Assembly (NCBI GenBank): GCA_050633305.1
Contig: JBOEGF010000001.1
Span: forward strand, 64,001-128,000
Direction: 5' to 3'
Length of the DNA stretch: 64,000 nt
From: Nannocystales bacterium
GTDB taxonomy: Bacteria; Myxococcota_A; Polyangia; Nannocystales; Nannocystaceae
This document shows, in pieces, positions 31,894 through 41,508 of this stretch. A model generated the notes under the pieces. That model saw nothing but the letters and a program-made list of their open reading frames with translations. It did no database searches and was not told the DNA's origin. The position numbers were made by a program, and so were the translations under genes. The stretch's first letter is position 1, and every line of letters begins with the position of its first letter.

Positions 31894-33732
31894 ATGCCGA
31901 GGACAGAGGAGGTCAGCTGCCGGGCGGTCGCCCAGTACATTCGCATCCTGCGAGATCGCGGCAAGTCGGTGGACGGTTTGTGCGATGGACTCGATCTCGC
32001 GCTGGTCGATGCGGAGGACTCGAAAACGTGGGTCCCGTGGCCGACGTTCGTCACCCTGCTCGAGCGGGTGGCGCAGCGCGTTGAAGCACCTGACCCGTGG
32101 GCGGTACTGTTGTCGGAGTCGATCCGCCGCACTGCCGCGTGGCCGATGTTGCGTCTCGCTCTGGGTCCGGCTTCGTTACTGCGGCTGCTCACCTCCTATC
32201 TTGGGCCGAGGATGTATCCCCTGCTCTCGGCCGAACTCACCGGTCGGGGAAATCGGCGGGTGGTGAGCTTGTCGATCGACAAGCAACACCGGGGGTCCGA
32301 GGGCTTCTTTCGTGCCGCGGGAAAAACGTACGAGTACATTCCGCGGGTACTGGGACTCGCCGACGCCCAGGTCCACGCGGTCATCACCCCCCACAACGCC
32401 GAGTTCGAGGTCATTTTTCCGGAATCGATGAGCCTCGTGAAGCGCATCGGTACCGCGTTTCGGTTGCTCTTTGGCGCGGACGAACTGGTCACGAAACTTG
32501 GCGAACAGCAGAGCGAGCTGCGTCAGAGCCACACCGAACTTGTCGCGGCCCATGCTGCGTTGCAGTCTCGGGAGCGAGATCTCACCGCTGAGGTGGAGGA
32601 GCGCCGCCGTGCCGAGCAGCGTCTACGCCAGGCCAACGACCAGTTGCAGCAGGCTCAGAAGTTGGAGGTCGTGGGTCGAATGTCGGGCGGCATCGCGCAT
32701 GACTTCAACAACGTGCTCATGGCTGTCATTGGGTGCGCCGACTTGCTCCGCGACCAGGCTGAGGACCAGGCCGAGAGGACCGAGCTCCTCGATGAACTCG
32801 AAGGCGCGGTGCAGCGTGCCTCCATGCTGACCTCGCAGTTGCTGGGATTCAGTCGCGGACAGCTCGTCAAGCCCCAGCGCTTGTCCGTCAACGAGGTGTT
32901 GCAGGCTCAGCTGTTGATCATGCAACGCGTGGTCAGCGGTGTGGAACTCGTGGCCGAGCTTGGCGAGGGGTTGGGGACAGTGTTGATGGATCCCGTGCAG
33001 TTGCAGCAGGTGTTTCTCAACCTGGTCGTCAACGCCCGGGATGCGCTTCCTGATGGAGGACGCGTGGGGCTTCGGACCGCATCGATCGAGTCCGGTGTCC
33101 GGATCACGGTGCAAGACAATGGTTCGGGCATCGATCCGGAATTGTTGCCGCGTATCTTCGAGCCGTTCGTCACCACCAAAGGGGCACGCGGCACGGGTCT
33201 GGGACTGGCGACGGTTCGTGCAGTGGTCGAGCAGGCCGGAGGTCGTATCGATGTTCGGAGCGAACTGGGCTTGGGGACGACCTTCGATGTGGAACTTCCG
33301 GCGGTCGAGGGGGCACCGCAGCCGCTGCTCTCCTCGGACTTGGAGGGGGCCAAGGCCGCCGCGGGCACGGAGACGGTGCTTCTGGTCGAGGACGATGCTG
33401 CATTGCGTCGGGTTCTGTTCTCGACTCTCGATCGCGCGGGGTACCGGACCTTCAGCGCCGCGAGCCTTCGCGAGGCCGTCCGGGTGATGGATGGGCTTCG
33501 GGAGCCCTTGGACCTGGTGGTGTCGGACTTCATGCTGGCAGCCGAGCGAGGGCCGGAGGTCATCGCCGAGGCGTTGCGGAGGTGGCCGGATGCCAAGGCT
33601 ATTCTGATCTCGGGGTTCGTTGATCCCGGGTACGCGGATGATGCCGCGGAGCACGCGTTCCTTCGCAAGCCTTTCGCACCCTCCGCACTTCTCACCCTGG
33701 CTCGCAGACTCCTGGACGCCAACGCCGGTTGA
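31894..33732 (+). CDS. Hybrid sensor histidine kinase/response regulator with soluble N-terminal sensor
   Basis: GIAHDFNN H-box, NLVVNARDA, DNGSG, FEPFVTTK, GTGLGL; REC LLVEDD...SD...LRKPF. Confidence 0.92.
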   Translation: MPRTEEVSCRAVAQYIRILRDRGKSVDGLCDGLDLALVDAEDSKTWVPWPTFVTLLERVAQRVEAPDPWAVLLSESIRRTAAWPMLRLALGPASLLRLLTSYLGPRMYPLLSAELTGRGNRRVVSLSIDKQHRGSEGFFRAAGKTYEYIPRVLGLADAQVHAVITPHNAEFEVIFPESMSLVKRIGTAFRLLFGADELVTKLGEQQSELRQSHTELVAAHAALQSRERDLTAEVEERRRAEQRLRQANDQLQQAQKLEVVGRMSGGIAHDFNNVLMAVIGCADLLRDQAEDQAERTELLDELEGAVQRASMLTSQLLGFSRGQLVKPQRLSVNEVLQAQLLIMQRVVSGVELVAELGEGLGTVLMDPVQLQQVFLNLVVNARDALPDGGRVGLRTASIESGVRITVQDNGSGIDPELLPRIFEPFVTTKGARGTGLGLATVRAVVEQAGGRIDVRSELGLGTTFDVELPAVEGAPQPLLSSDLEGAKAAAGTETVLLVEDDAALRRVLFSTLDRAGYRTFSAASLREAVRVMDGLREPLDLVVSDFMLAAERGPEVIAEALRRWPDAKAILISGFVDPGYADDAAEHAFLRKPFAPSALLTLARRLLDANAG

Positions 33733-33759
33733 GCGCCTCCTCGTGGTCTCTCGGCTTCC

Positions 33760-34818
33760 CTACGACGCGGACGTGCCCGCATCGATGAGGTCCTTCATGA
33801 CCGCGTCGACGCGTCGGTGATGAGCGATTCGCACCTCGAGTGACGCGTCGCCAGCGAGATCGATGGCGCGGGCGAGGGCGGTGGCAATCCATGTCGGGTC
33901 GTTGCCGAACGCACCTCCGCCGAGGAACGTCAGCCAGACGACGCCGCTGCATGTTCCTTCGGCAACCCCCGCTCGAGCGGCGAGCAGGGTCGCCTCGTAG
34001 GCCGCGTCGAGCACCGATGTCGCAAGGGGAGCCCACAAGTGGCGGGGAGACCGGTCGTAGCCGCAAGACAGGGCCGAGCAGAATGCCTGCGAGACGTGAG
34101 TCTGGGTGTTGGGCTCGGTGAACCTCGACGAGAATGTCACCTGGGCTCCGGTTTGCACGCCGATCCGCATACGTTCGATGAACGCGTCACGTCCGGCCGC
34201 CTTCAGTGCAGCCGCGCTGGCCTGGAGCCGTTCGGTATCGGAGAAGGCGTAGCCGTTGGTGACCGTGGCAAACGCCTCGTCGGGCCCGAGCAGTGCAAGC
34301 GCATCGGAGAGGTTGTTGAGTTGGCGGTTGGCCCGTTGACCGACGTCCTGTTCAACCGGGACGAAGTAGTTCCGGTAGACCGTGGCTGCCGCGGCGGCGA
34401 GCGAGCACGCCGGACCCTGGGTCGGGTCCGACGCATACGCGGTGATGCCGTCTTCGGGGGTCTCGCGAGGGTCGGCGAACTCCAGGCAGTTGAGCTGAGA
34501 GGCGACCTGGAACATCGCATCGCGGTTCTCCTGCGCCGCGTGAAGTTCGAGGATGTCGCCGATCTCGACGTGACGGACGGTTGGGCGTCCCTGAGGCGGA
34601 CCGACGCGGGAACGGAGCTCCGCGATGCTCGGCGTTTCAAAGTGGCCCGCATCGAACGCTCGCCCGTTCACGCTCGAGGTGAGCGTGGTGCCTTCGAGCG
34701 AGAAACGAGCCTGCGTCGAGGCCCAGTCATCTTCGACGAAACCGAACAGCCCCTCAAACCAGTCCATACGCCCTAGAATGCCACGGAGCATGCTCTGGGC
34801 TACAGGGGCGTCGCTCAC
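33760..34818 (-). CDS. Conserved hypothetical protein, macro-domain-like
   Basis: MDWFEGLFGF, FQVASQLNCLE, YASDPTQGP, LTFLGGGAFGN; start 34818 (overlaps ferredoxin stop) or 34767. Confidence 0.7.
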   Translation of the reverse strand: MSDAPVAQSMLRGILGRMDWFEGLFGFVEDDWASTQARFSLEGTTLTSSVNGRAFDAGHFETPSIAELRSRVGPPQGRPTVRHVEIGDILELHAAQENRDAMFQVASQLNCLEFADPRETPEDGITAYASDPTQGPACSLAAAAATVYRNYFVPVEQDVGQRANRQLNNLSDALALLGPDEAFATVTNGYAFSDTERLQASAAALKAAGRDAFIERMRIGVQTGAQVTFSSRFTEPNTQTHVSQAFCSALSCGYDRSPRHLWAPLATSVLDAAYEATLLAARAGVAEGTCSGVVWLTFLGGGAFGNDPTWIATALARAIDLAGDASLEVRIAHHRRVDAVMKDLIDAGTSAS

Positions 34819-35123
34819 CCTCCTTTGCTGATCCGGGGGTTGAAGAAGTGAGCGTTTCGCAGCAGGTCAGGATCGTTGTCCAACAGCTCTGCATCGGATC
34901 GGATCGCGTCCTCCGGGCACTCTGGGACGCAAGCTCCACAGCCGACGCACTGCGCGGGGTCGATGTACATCTGCACACTGGGGAACCGCGTCGCACGGTC
35001 GCTCGGGGCGACGGCACGGAGTTGCCCGAGCGGGACCGGTCCGGCGATGCAGTCCACAGGGCACACGTCGACGCATCCTGTGTCGCAGACGCCCGCGCAT
35101 GATTGGGTGATGACGAAGCTCAT
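34815..35123 (-). CDS. Dicluster ferredoxin with inserted loop
   Basis: CAGVCDTGCVDVCPVDC ... YIDPAQCVGCGACVPECP. Confidence 0.92.
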   Translation of the reverse strand: MSFVITQSCAGVCDTGCVDVCPVDCIAGPVPLGQLRAVAPSDRATRFPSVQMYIDPAQCVGCGACVPECPEDAIRSDAELLDNDPDLLRNAHFFNPRISKGG

Positions 35124-35135
35124 GTCGGCCTAAAG

Positions 35136-35151
35136 AGCAGGACTCGGTCCG
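35136..35151 (-). promoter_or_regulatory. Putative sigma54 promoter of the ferredoxin operon
   Basis: CGGACCG-AGTC-CTGCT (GG-N10-GC), GC 13 nt upstream of the ATG. Confidence 0.55.
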
Positions 35152-35157
35152 TGGAGA

Positions 35158-35238
35158 AAATTGTCTGATTTCAAGCGTCTAGTCTTCTCTAGTCCTTCTT
35201 TGAACTGAAATAAAGCTAGAGGATACTGATATTTCAGT
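35158..35238. promoter_or_regulatory. AT-rich enhancer region: IHF-like site plus two activator-binding boxes
   Basis: Minus-strand AATCAGACAATTT (35158-35170); actgaaataaagc (35204-35216); palindrome actgatatttcagt (35225-35238). Confidence 0.55.
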
Positions 35239-35255
35239 GGCAGTGTTGAGCCATC

Positions 35256-36635
35256 GTGACGCCGATGGCCTTTCGTTCGTTGTCCTCCGTCCGCTGGGAG
35301 ACGCCCTCGGAGGAAGAGTTCGCGTTGAGTCTCGGAGCGAGCTTGCGTTCCTGGGCACGTCCCGAGGAGGTTGAGGTTTTCGTATCCGGACCGACGGCAA
35401 CGCGGGTGCGCTGGGGTGCGGGCGAGCCGACGACGAGCGTCGTGGCGTCCCATGCTGAGTACGAGGGCGCGGCACAGGAGCGGGTCGACCTCCGTCCGCC
35501 GTGTCGTCATGGGAGCGGGTACGTCGTGTTGTGGACGGAGCGCGGGAGCGTCGGCACGGAGGCTCGGGCCGAACTGGAAGCTGCATTGGGGGTCCTCTTC
35601 GACGCTCGCGTGTTGCTTCAACGGGTTGCCCGTCTGTCTCGCGCGGCGCACTCGGAGAACCGGCATTTGCGTCACAGCCTCCGCGATCGTTGGCCTGTCG
35701 ATGACACGATGCGGAGCGAGGCCATGCAACGGTGCCTCGAACGCGCCGATGCGGTTGCGCCGTACGACACACCGGTGCTGGTTCGGGGACCCTCGGGCGC
35801 GGGAAAGGAGGTCATCGCCCGCCGCGTGCATGCCCGCTCGCGCCGGAGCGCGCGTCCGTTCGTCAAGCTCAACTGTGGCGCAATCCCAGAGGGGCTTGCC
35901 GAGAGTGAACTGTTCGGTCACGAGCGGGGAGCGTTCACTGGAGCGACGACACGTCGCCGCGGTGTCTTCGAGCGAGCCGCCGGCGGCTCGTTGCTGCTTG
36001 ATGAGGTCGGGGAGCTTTCGCCCCCGGTTCAGGTGAAGTTGCTTCGTGTGCTGCAGGAAGGGACGTTCGTTCCGGTCGGCGGAGAGCGCGAACTTCGATC
36101 CGATGCTCGGGTCCTGGCGGCGACACATCAGGATCTCGCGGCACGCGTGGCGGAGGGGACGTTTCGAGAGGACCTGTTCTACCGACTTGCTGTGTTCGAG
36201 GTCTTGGTTCCGGGACTGCAGGAGCGGTCCGAGGACCTGCCGGGGCTGGTGCGCCAGATCCTCGAGCGGGTCGCCGCGAGGATGGGGCGGACCGTGCCGC
36301 GGGTTCCCCGGGCCGTGATGGCCCAGCTTCTCGAACATGACTGGCCCGGGAACGTGCGCGAGCTCGAGAACGTGCTGGAAGGGGCGCTCGTCATGAGTCG
36401 CGGGGCGGCCCTGGATGTTCCGCTGCTGCTGCGTCGAAGCGAGCGGGCGAGGACGCGAGAGGTGGCGCCCTTGGAGGCGACGATCCGTCGGGCGATCGAG
36501 GCTGCGTTGCACGCGTCGGGCGGCAAACTCTACGGGGCGGGCGGAGCGGCGGAGTCGTTGGAACTCAACCCGGGGACCTTGCAGAGCAAGATGCGGAAAC
36601 TCGGGATTGACCGGCTTCGGTTCGTCCGAGAATAG
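35256..36635 (+). CDS. sigma54-dependent enhancer-binding protein (FhlA/HyfR-like)
   Basis: GPSGAGKE Walker A, ESELFGHERGAFTGA, LLDEVGE, WPGNVRELEN, C-terminal HTH. Confidence 0.95.
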   Translation: MTPMAFRSLSSVRWETPSEEEFALSLGASLRSWARPEEVEVFVSGPTATRVRWGAGEPTTSVVASHAEYEGAAQERVDLRPPCRHGSGYVVLWTERGSVGTEARAELEAALGVLFDARVLLQRVARLSRAAHSENRHLRHSLRDRWPVDDTMRSEAMQRCLERADAVAPYDTPVLVRGPSGAGKEVIARRVHARSRRSARPFVKLNCGAIPEGLAESELFGHERGAFTGATTRRRGVFERAAGGSLLLDEVGELSPPVQVKLLRVLQEGTFVPVGGERELRSDARVLAATHQDLAARVAEGTFREDLFYRLAVFEVLVPGLQERSEDLPGLVRQILERVAARMGRTVPRVPRAVMAQLLEHDWPGNVRELENVLEGALVMSRGAALDVPLLLRRSERARTREVAPLEATIRRAIEAALHASGGKLYGAGGAAESLELNPGTLQSKMRKLGIDRLRFVRE

Positions 36636-36786
36636 GCCGATGTCGGACTCGGAGGCGGTCGAGGCGTGCCCACCCCGACGTTGGGCAAGGTGTCCGGTCG
36701 CGCCTGGCTCCCCTGGGAGCGTCGTCCAGGACGTTCGCGAGGCTGGCCTGGCAGCGGCGTGATGAGAGGTTGGTACGCTCGCGGCG

Positions 36787-38595
36787 ATGGCCGAAGTGCT
36801 TGCTCGTGCCGCCGACGCCGTGTGGTCCTACCCGGTCGTCGGCCTGTGCTTGATCTCGGCGGTCTTCTTCACGGTCTCGCTCCGGCTCGTGCAGCTGCGG
36901 GCATTCCCGCATGCGATCGCGCTGTTGCTGGGTCGCTATGATCGTGACGACGAAACCGGGAGCATCTCCCACTTTCAAGCTCTGGCGGCCGCGCTGTCTG
37001 GAACGATCGGAATCGGCAACATCGCCGGCGTCGCGATCGCGATCGCGGTCGGGGGCCCGGGCGCGGTGCTGTGGATGTGGATCATGGGTGTGCTCGGCAT
37101 GGCGACGAAGTTCGTCGAGTGCACCCTCGGCACGGCGTATCGCCAGGTCGATCCGGGGACTGGCGAGGCGCGTGGCGGCCCGATGTACTACATCCTTGCG
37201 GGGCTCGGTCCGCGCTGGCGGCCGATGGCACTGTTCTACGCGGCGACGATCGCCCTTGCTGGCCTGGGCTTCACTTGCATGTTCCAGAGCAACCAGGCCG
37301 CTGAGGCGTTGTCGACGAGCTTTGCGATCCCCACGTATCTGACCGGTGTCGCGCTGTCCGTCTTGACCGGCGCGGTCATCGTGGGTGGAATCCGAAGCAT
37401 CGGTCGTTGGGCGGCTCGGGTCGTGCCCGCGCTGTGCTTGGTCTACGTCGGCGGGGCGGTCTTCATCTGCCTCTCACAGATCGAGCTGATGCCTGCGGTC
37501 CTGGGAATCATCATTCGCGACGGACTCAGCGGTGACGCCGCTGCTGGCGGAGCGCTGGGCGCGATGGTGATGTGGGGTGTCCGCCGGGCCATCTTTTCAA
37601 ACGAGGCGGGACTTGGGTCGGCAGCGATCGCTCACGCGGCGGTCAAGACCGACGAACCGGTGCGGGAGGGCGTGGTGGCGTCACTGGGCCCGTTTATCGA
37701 CACCGTCGTCGTCTCGGGTGCGACCGCGTTTGTCATCGTTCTGGCTGGCAACTACGGAGCCTTCAAAGACGAGGGCGTGGGGCGACTCGAGGCGGTCGAG
37801 ACGGCCGCGGCATGGCATTCCGTCGCGCTCGAGGAGACTCCAGATGACACGGCACCGCTGGGGCACCGGCTCGATGGGCTTGGGGTTCACGCGCTCGAGG
37901 GCGCTGCCACGGCGCAGGATGCATTGGTTTTCGCCTTGCCCGTCGACGCGCTCGAGCACGATGGCATTCGGGTTGGCGCCGCGGTCGGGGGTGGGGCGCT
38001 CGACGCCACCTTGTACTCGGGCCCGAAGGCGCTGGGGCGCCTCGAACTGATCCCTCGTCCCGCGACCGCGCAGCTGGCCTGGGGGGCGCAGACGCTGGCA
38101 TTCGATGCGGAACTGCGAGAGTCGGCGAAGGGAAAAACACTGCGCTTGGTGGTCTCCCCGGCCGCGGGCGCCGCACGGCATCGGTCTTTCGTCGCAACGC
38201 CGAGTCTCGTTCACGAGAGAAACGGGATCACACTGAGCGCGGCATCGTTTGATCGCTTCATCCCCGGGTTTGGCTCGGTCTTCATCTCCGTCGCTGGCTT
38301 CCTGTTCGCCCTGTCGACGATGATCGCGTGGTCCTACTACGGCGAGGTCGCGAGCATGTGGGTGCTCGGGCCACGAGCCGTGACCCCCTACCGCGTGGTG
38401 TTCGTGTTGTTGGCCTTCGTGGGGGCGGTTCGAAAGCTGGCGGTGGTGATCAGCATCTCCGACATCCTCGTCGGTTTACTCGTCATCCCCAACGTGATCG
38501 CGCTGCTGGTGCTCTCTCCGCGGGTGGTGAAGTGGACCCGGGCCTACTTCACCAGGCTCGAGAGCGGAGAGTTTGAGGACGAGGGCGGCGCGTAG
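36787..38595 (+). CDS. Alanine/glycine:cation symporter (AGCS) with a large inserted soluble domain
   Basis: GTIGIGNIAGVA, GGPGA, GGPMYY, FSNEAGLGSAAIAH, PFIDT, FALST..AWSYYG. Confidence 0.92.
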   Translation: MAEVLARAADAVWSYPVVGLCLISAVFFTVSLRLVQLRAFPHAIALLLGRYDRDDETGSISHFQALAAALSGTIGIGNIAGVAIAIAVGGPGAVLWMWIMGVLGMATKFVECTLGTAYRQVDPGTGEARGGPMYYILAGLGPRWRPMALFYAATIALAGLGFTCMFQSNQAAEALSTSFAIPTYLTGVALSVLTGAVIVGGIRSIGRWAARVVPALCLVYVGGAVFICLSQIELMPAVLGIIIRDGLSGDAAAGGALGAMVMWGVRRAIFSNEAGLGSAAIAHAAVKTDEPVREGVVASLGPFIDTVVVSGATAFVIVLAGNYGAFKDEGVGRLEAVETAAAWHSVALEETPDDTAPLGHRLDGLGVHALEGAATAQDALVFALPVDALEHDGIRVGAAVGGGALDATLYSGPKALGRLELIPRPATAQLAWGAQTLAFDAELRESAKGKTLRLVVSPAAGAARHRSFVATPSLVHERNGITLSAASFDRFIPGFGSVFISVAGFLFALSTMIAWSYYGEVASMWVLGPRAVTPYRVVFVLLAFVGAVRKLAVVISISDILVGLLVIPNVIALLVLSPRVVKWTRAYFTRLESGEFEDEGGA

Positions 38596-38604
38596 GGCAG
38601 CCGG

Positions 38605-40743
38605 CTACTGCGCCTTCGCGTCGCTGCGCATCGATAGGGCGATGCGTTTTCGGTCCAGGTCGACCTGCGTCACGGTGACCCGGACCTTTTGGCGCACGCG
38701 GACGACTTCGTTCGGGTCTTTCACGAAGCGGTCGGCGAGTTGCGAGACGTGGACCAGGCCGTCGGTATGGACGCCGATGTCGACGAAAGCACCGAAGCTG
38801 GTCACGTTGGTGACGATGCCCGGCAGGACCACGCCCGGGGTCAGGTCCTTGATGTCGTGGACGTCGGCGAAGCGGAACACCTCGAAGTCGGGGCGGGGGT
38901 CTCGGCCGGGTTTTCCGAGCTCGTCCACGATGTCGTGCAGCGTGGGTGCTCCAACCTCCTCGCTCACGTAGCGGTCGACCTCGATCGCTGCACGCCGCTT
39001 CGGGTCCTGGAGTAGATCCAGCACCCTACAGTTTTGGTCTTTGGCAATCCGCTCGACCAGGTCATAGCGTTCGGGGTGAACCGCGCTGCCATCGAGGGGG
39101 TGTGACGCATCGCGGACTCGCAGAAAACCCGCTGCCTGTTGAAACGCCCGGGAGCCCAGGCGGGGGACGGCGGTGAGCGACGCGCGGTCGCGAAAAGGCC
39201 CGTTCGCAGCCCGATACTTGACGATTGCCGATGCGAGCTTCGAGCCCAGGCCGGCCACGTGGGCCAGCAGTTGGGGGCTGGCGGTATTGAGTTCGACACC
39301 CACCGAGTTGACGGCGCTCTCGATCGTGTCGGACAGACTGGCCGCCAAGGCGCGGGGTTCGACGTCGTGCTGGTACTGGCCGACGCCGATCGACTTCGGG
39401 TCGAGCTTGACGAGCTCGGCCAGTGGGTCTTGCAGCCGCCGTCCGATCGAGACCGCACCGCGAACGGTGAGATCGAGATCGGGGAACTCCTCCCGGGCGA
39501 CCTCGCTGGCGCTGTAGATCGATGCGCCACTCTCGTCCACGGCGATGGCGATGATGTCCAGCCCGAGCGCTTCCACGAAGGCTTCCGTCTCGCGGCCAGC
39601 GGTTCCGTTGCCGATCGCGATCGCTTCGACGGAGTACCGCTCGCAAGCCTCGCGAAGGGTCGCCCCGGCGGCTTCACTTCGTGGCCCGCCTGTATGCGGG
39701 AAGATCGTCATGTTGTGCAGCAACGCGCCATATGGGCCCAGCACTGCGCATTTGCAGCCGCTGCGAAAGCCCGGATCGATCGCCAGCACGGGCTTGGGAC
39801 CAAGCGGAGCTGCCATCAGAATCTCCCGTAGGTTGGTGGCAAACACGTCGATGGCCTCGCGGTCCGCCCGGAGCTTGGTTGCGGCGATGGCTTCCTTTTC
39901 GAGGGACGGTTGGATCAGGCGTTTGTAGGCATCGGTCACCGCGAGCCCACGCTGCTTGCTCGCGAAACTGTGGCCAGCAGCGAATCGGCGTCGAAGCCGA
40001 CGGAGCGCCTCTTCCTCTGGCGGTCGCGCGGTGACCGTCAAGAACCCCTCCGCCTTGCCGCGTAGAATCGCGAGCACTCGATGGGAAGGGGCACGGTGCA
40101 GAGCCTCTCCCCAATCGAAGTAGTCGCGGTACTTGGCCGCATCCTTTTGCTTGGACTTGATGACCCGGGCGGCGAGTTGGGCCCGGCTCGTGAACAGTGC
40201 GCGGAGCTCGCCCCGGGCCGGCGCGTCCTCGCTGATCCGTTCCGCGAGGATGTCCCGAGCGCCCGCGAATGCAGCCTCGACATCCGGGACCCCGCGCTTG
40301 GCATCGACGAATGGCCGAGCGTCGATACGACCGCCCCCCTCGGCTGAGAGGGCGTCGGCCAGCGGCTCCAGCCCGCGTTCCCGTGCGGCACTGGCCCGAG
40401 TTTTCCGGCGCGGACGGCAGGGAAGGTAGAGGTCCTCGAGGTCGGACCGGGTCTGCGCGCTGGCGATACTGCGTGCGAGCGCAGCGCTGAGAAGACCACG
40501 CTCCTTCAGCGATGTGACGATCGCCTCTCGACGCTTGTCGAGTTCGGCGAGGGCTGCGAGTTGATCGCGGATCGCCGCAAGGGCCACCTCGTCTAGGGAC
40601 CCCGTCGCCTCCTTGCGATACCGGGCGATGAACGGAACCGTGGCTCCCTGGACGAGGAAGTCGGCGACGGCCTGGACTTGCTTGATGCGCAGCGAGAGCG
40701 CAGAGGCGACCTGTTCGACCTGGGCGGCGGTTGGGGCGTCCAC
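38605..40743 (-). CDS. tex: Tex family RNA-binding transcriptional accessory protein
   Basis: TVPFIARYRKEATG, AIDPGFRSGCK, IGNGTAGRET, GASIYSAS, SIGVGQYQHD, S1 domain GAFVDIGV. Confidence 0.95.
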   Translation of the reverse strand: MDAPTAAQVEQVASALSLRIKQVQAVADFLVQGATVPFIARYRKEATGSLDEVALAAIRDQLAALAELDKRREAIVTSLKERGLLSAALARSIASAQTRSDLEDLYLPCRPRRKTRASAARERGLEPLADALSAEGGGRIDARPFVDAKRGVPDVEAAFAGARDILAERISEDAPARGELRALFTSRAQLAARVIKSKQKDAAKYRDYFDWGEALHRAPSHRVLAILRGKAEGFLTVTARPPEEEALRRLRRRFAAGHSFASKQRGLAVTDAYKRLIQPSLEKEAIAATKLRADREAIDVFATNLREILMAAPLGPKPVLAIDPGFRSGCKCAVLGPYGALLHNMTIFPHTGGPRSEAAGATLREACERYSVEAIAIGNGTAGRETEAFVEALGLDIIAIAVDESGASIYSASEVAREEFPDLDLTVRGAVSIGRRLQDPLAELVKLDPKSIGVGQYQHDVEPRALAASLSDTIESAVNSVGVELNTASPQLLAHVAGLGSKLASAIVKYRAANGPFRDRASLTAVPRLGSRAFQQAAGFLRVRDASHPLDGSAVHPERYDLVERIAKDQNCRVLDLLQDPKRRAAIEVDRYVSEEVGAPTLHDIVDELGKPGRDPRPDFEVFRFADVHDIKDLTPGVVLPGIVTNVTSFGAFVDIGVHTDGLVHVSQLADRFVKDPNEVVRVRQKVRVTVTQVDLDRKRIALSMRSDAKAQ

Positions 40744-40837
40744 GCGCGCACCTTACCCCGTGCTGAGGCTGGGGTCGGACGACAATGTGTGGTCGGAAAG
40801 CTCGGCGTCCTCCGGCTTGTGGGTGACGCGAAGGCGG

Positions 40838-41170
40838 CTAGGATGCCTCTTCGCACCGACGTGTTGCGGACACCAACAGCGGCGTGGATTCGAGGCTGCG
40901 GAAGGCGATGTGCGGAGTGCCGCGGTCGTCGGTCGAAAGAGACACGGAGTCCCCCCAACGAGGGCTGTCGCCGACCTGTTCAACGTCCCATGCGCCCGGT
41001 TGCCCGTGCGCGTAGAGCACCGCCTCGGGCCCCGCGAATGCGAGTTGTAGCTCGCCGCCCCCGGTCAGTCCCAAGCCGAGCCTTGGCTGCATGGCCACGT
41101 GGTCGATGGCCGCCTCGGCGACCAGGTCGACCTCCCACGTTTTCCCGTTTCGGCCGGGGGGGATGCTCAA
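40838..41170 (-). pseudogene. Possible remnant of a beta-propeller repeat protein
   Basis: WDVEQV....GDSVSLSTDDRGTPHIAF resembles one or two propeller blades; short and lacks a signal peptide. Confidence 0.35.
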
Positions 41171-41508
41171 TGATCCTGACTGGGTACTCCTCCTGCTCTC
41201 CTAGCCTTCCCGAGCGAACTCCGTCATCCCCTGGAGACCCCAGTCGGTGTGCGACGAAGCGCTCTGTCGAGGCATCGCTCTGACCGACCGGCCCCTGACC
41301 GTGATGGTTCCAGGTTGACCGGCTGACGAGGGGCTGAGGGGACCCGGGTTGGGCCGGTCGTTGTGCCTGGTCAACACGTCCCGGCCCAGGTTTCGGGGAG
41401 TGTCCCTCGCCGGGCCGTGCCCGTATTGGGTGTTGATTCCGCCGCAGTCGGCAGAAGGATCAAGGAGTCCTACACGGCTACCGGTGTGGCTCGTGGACCG
41501 AACCCCGC

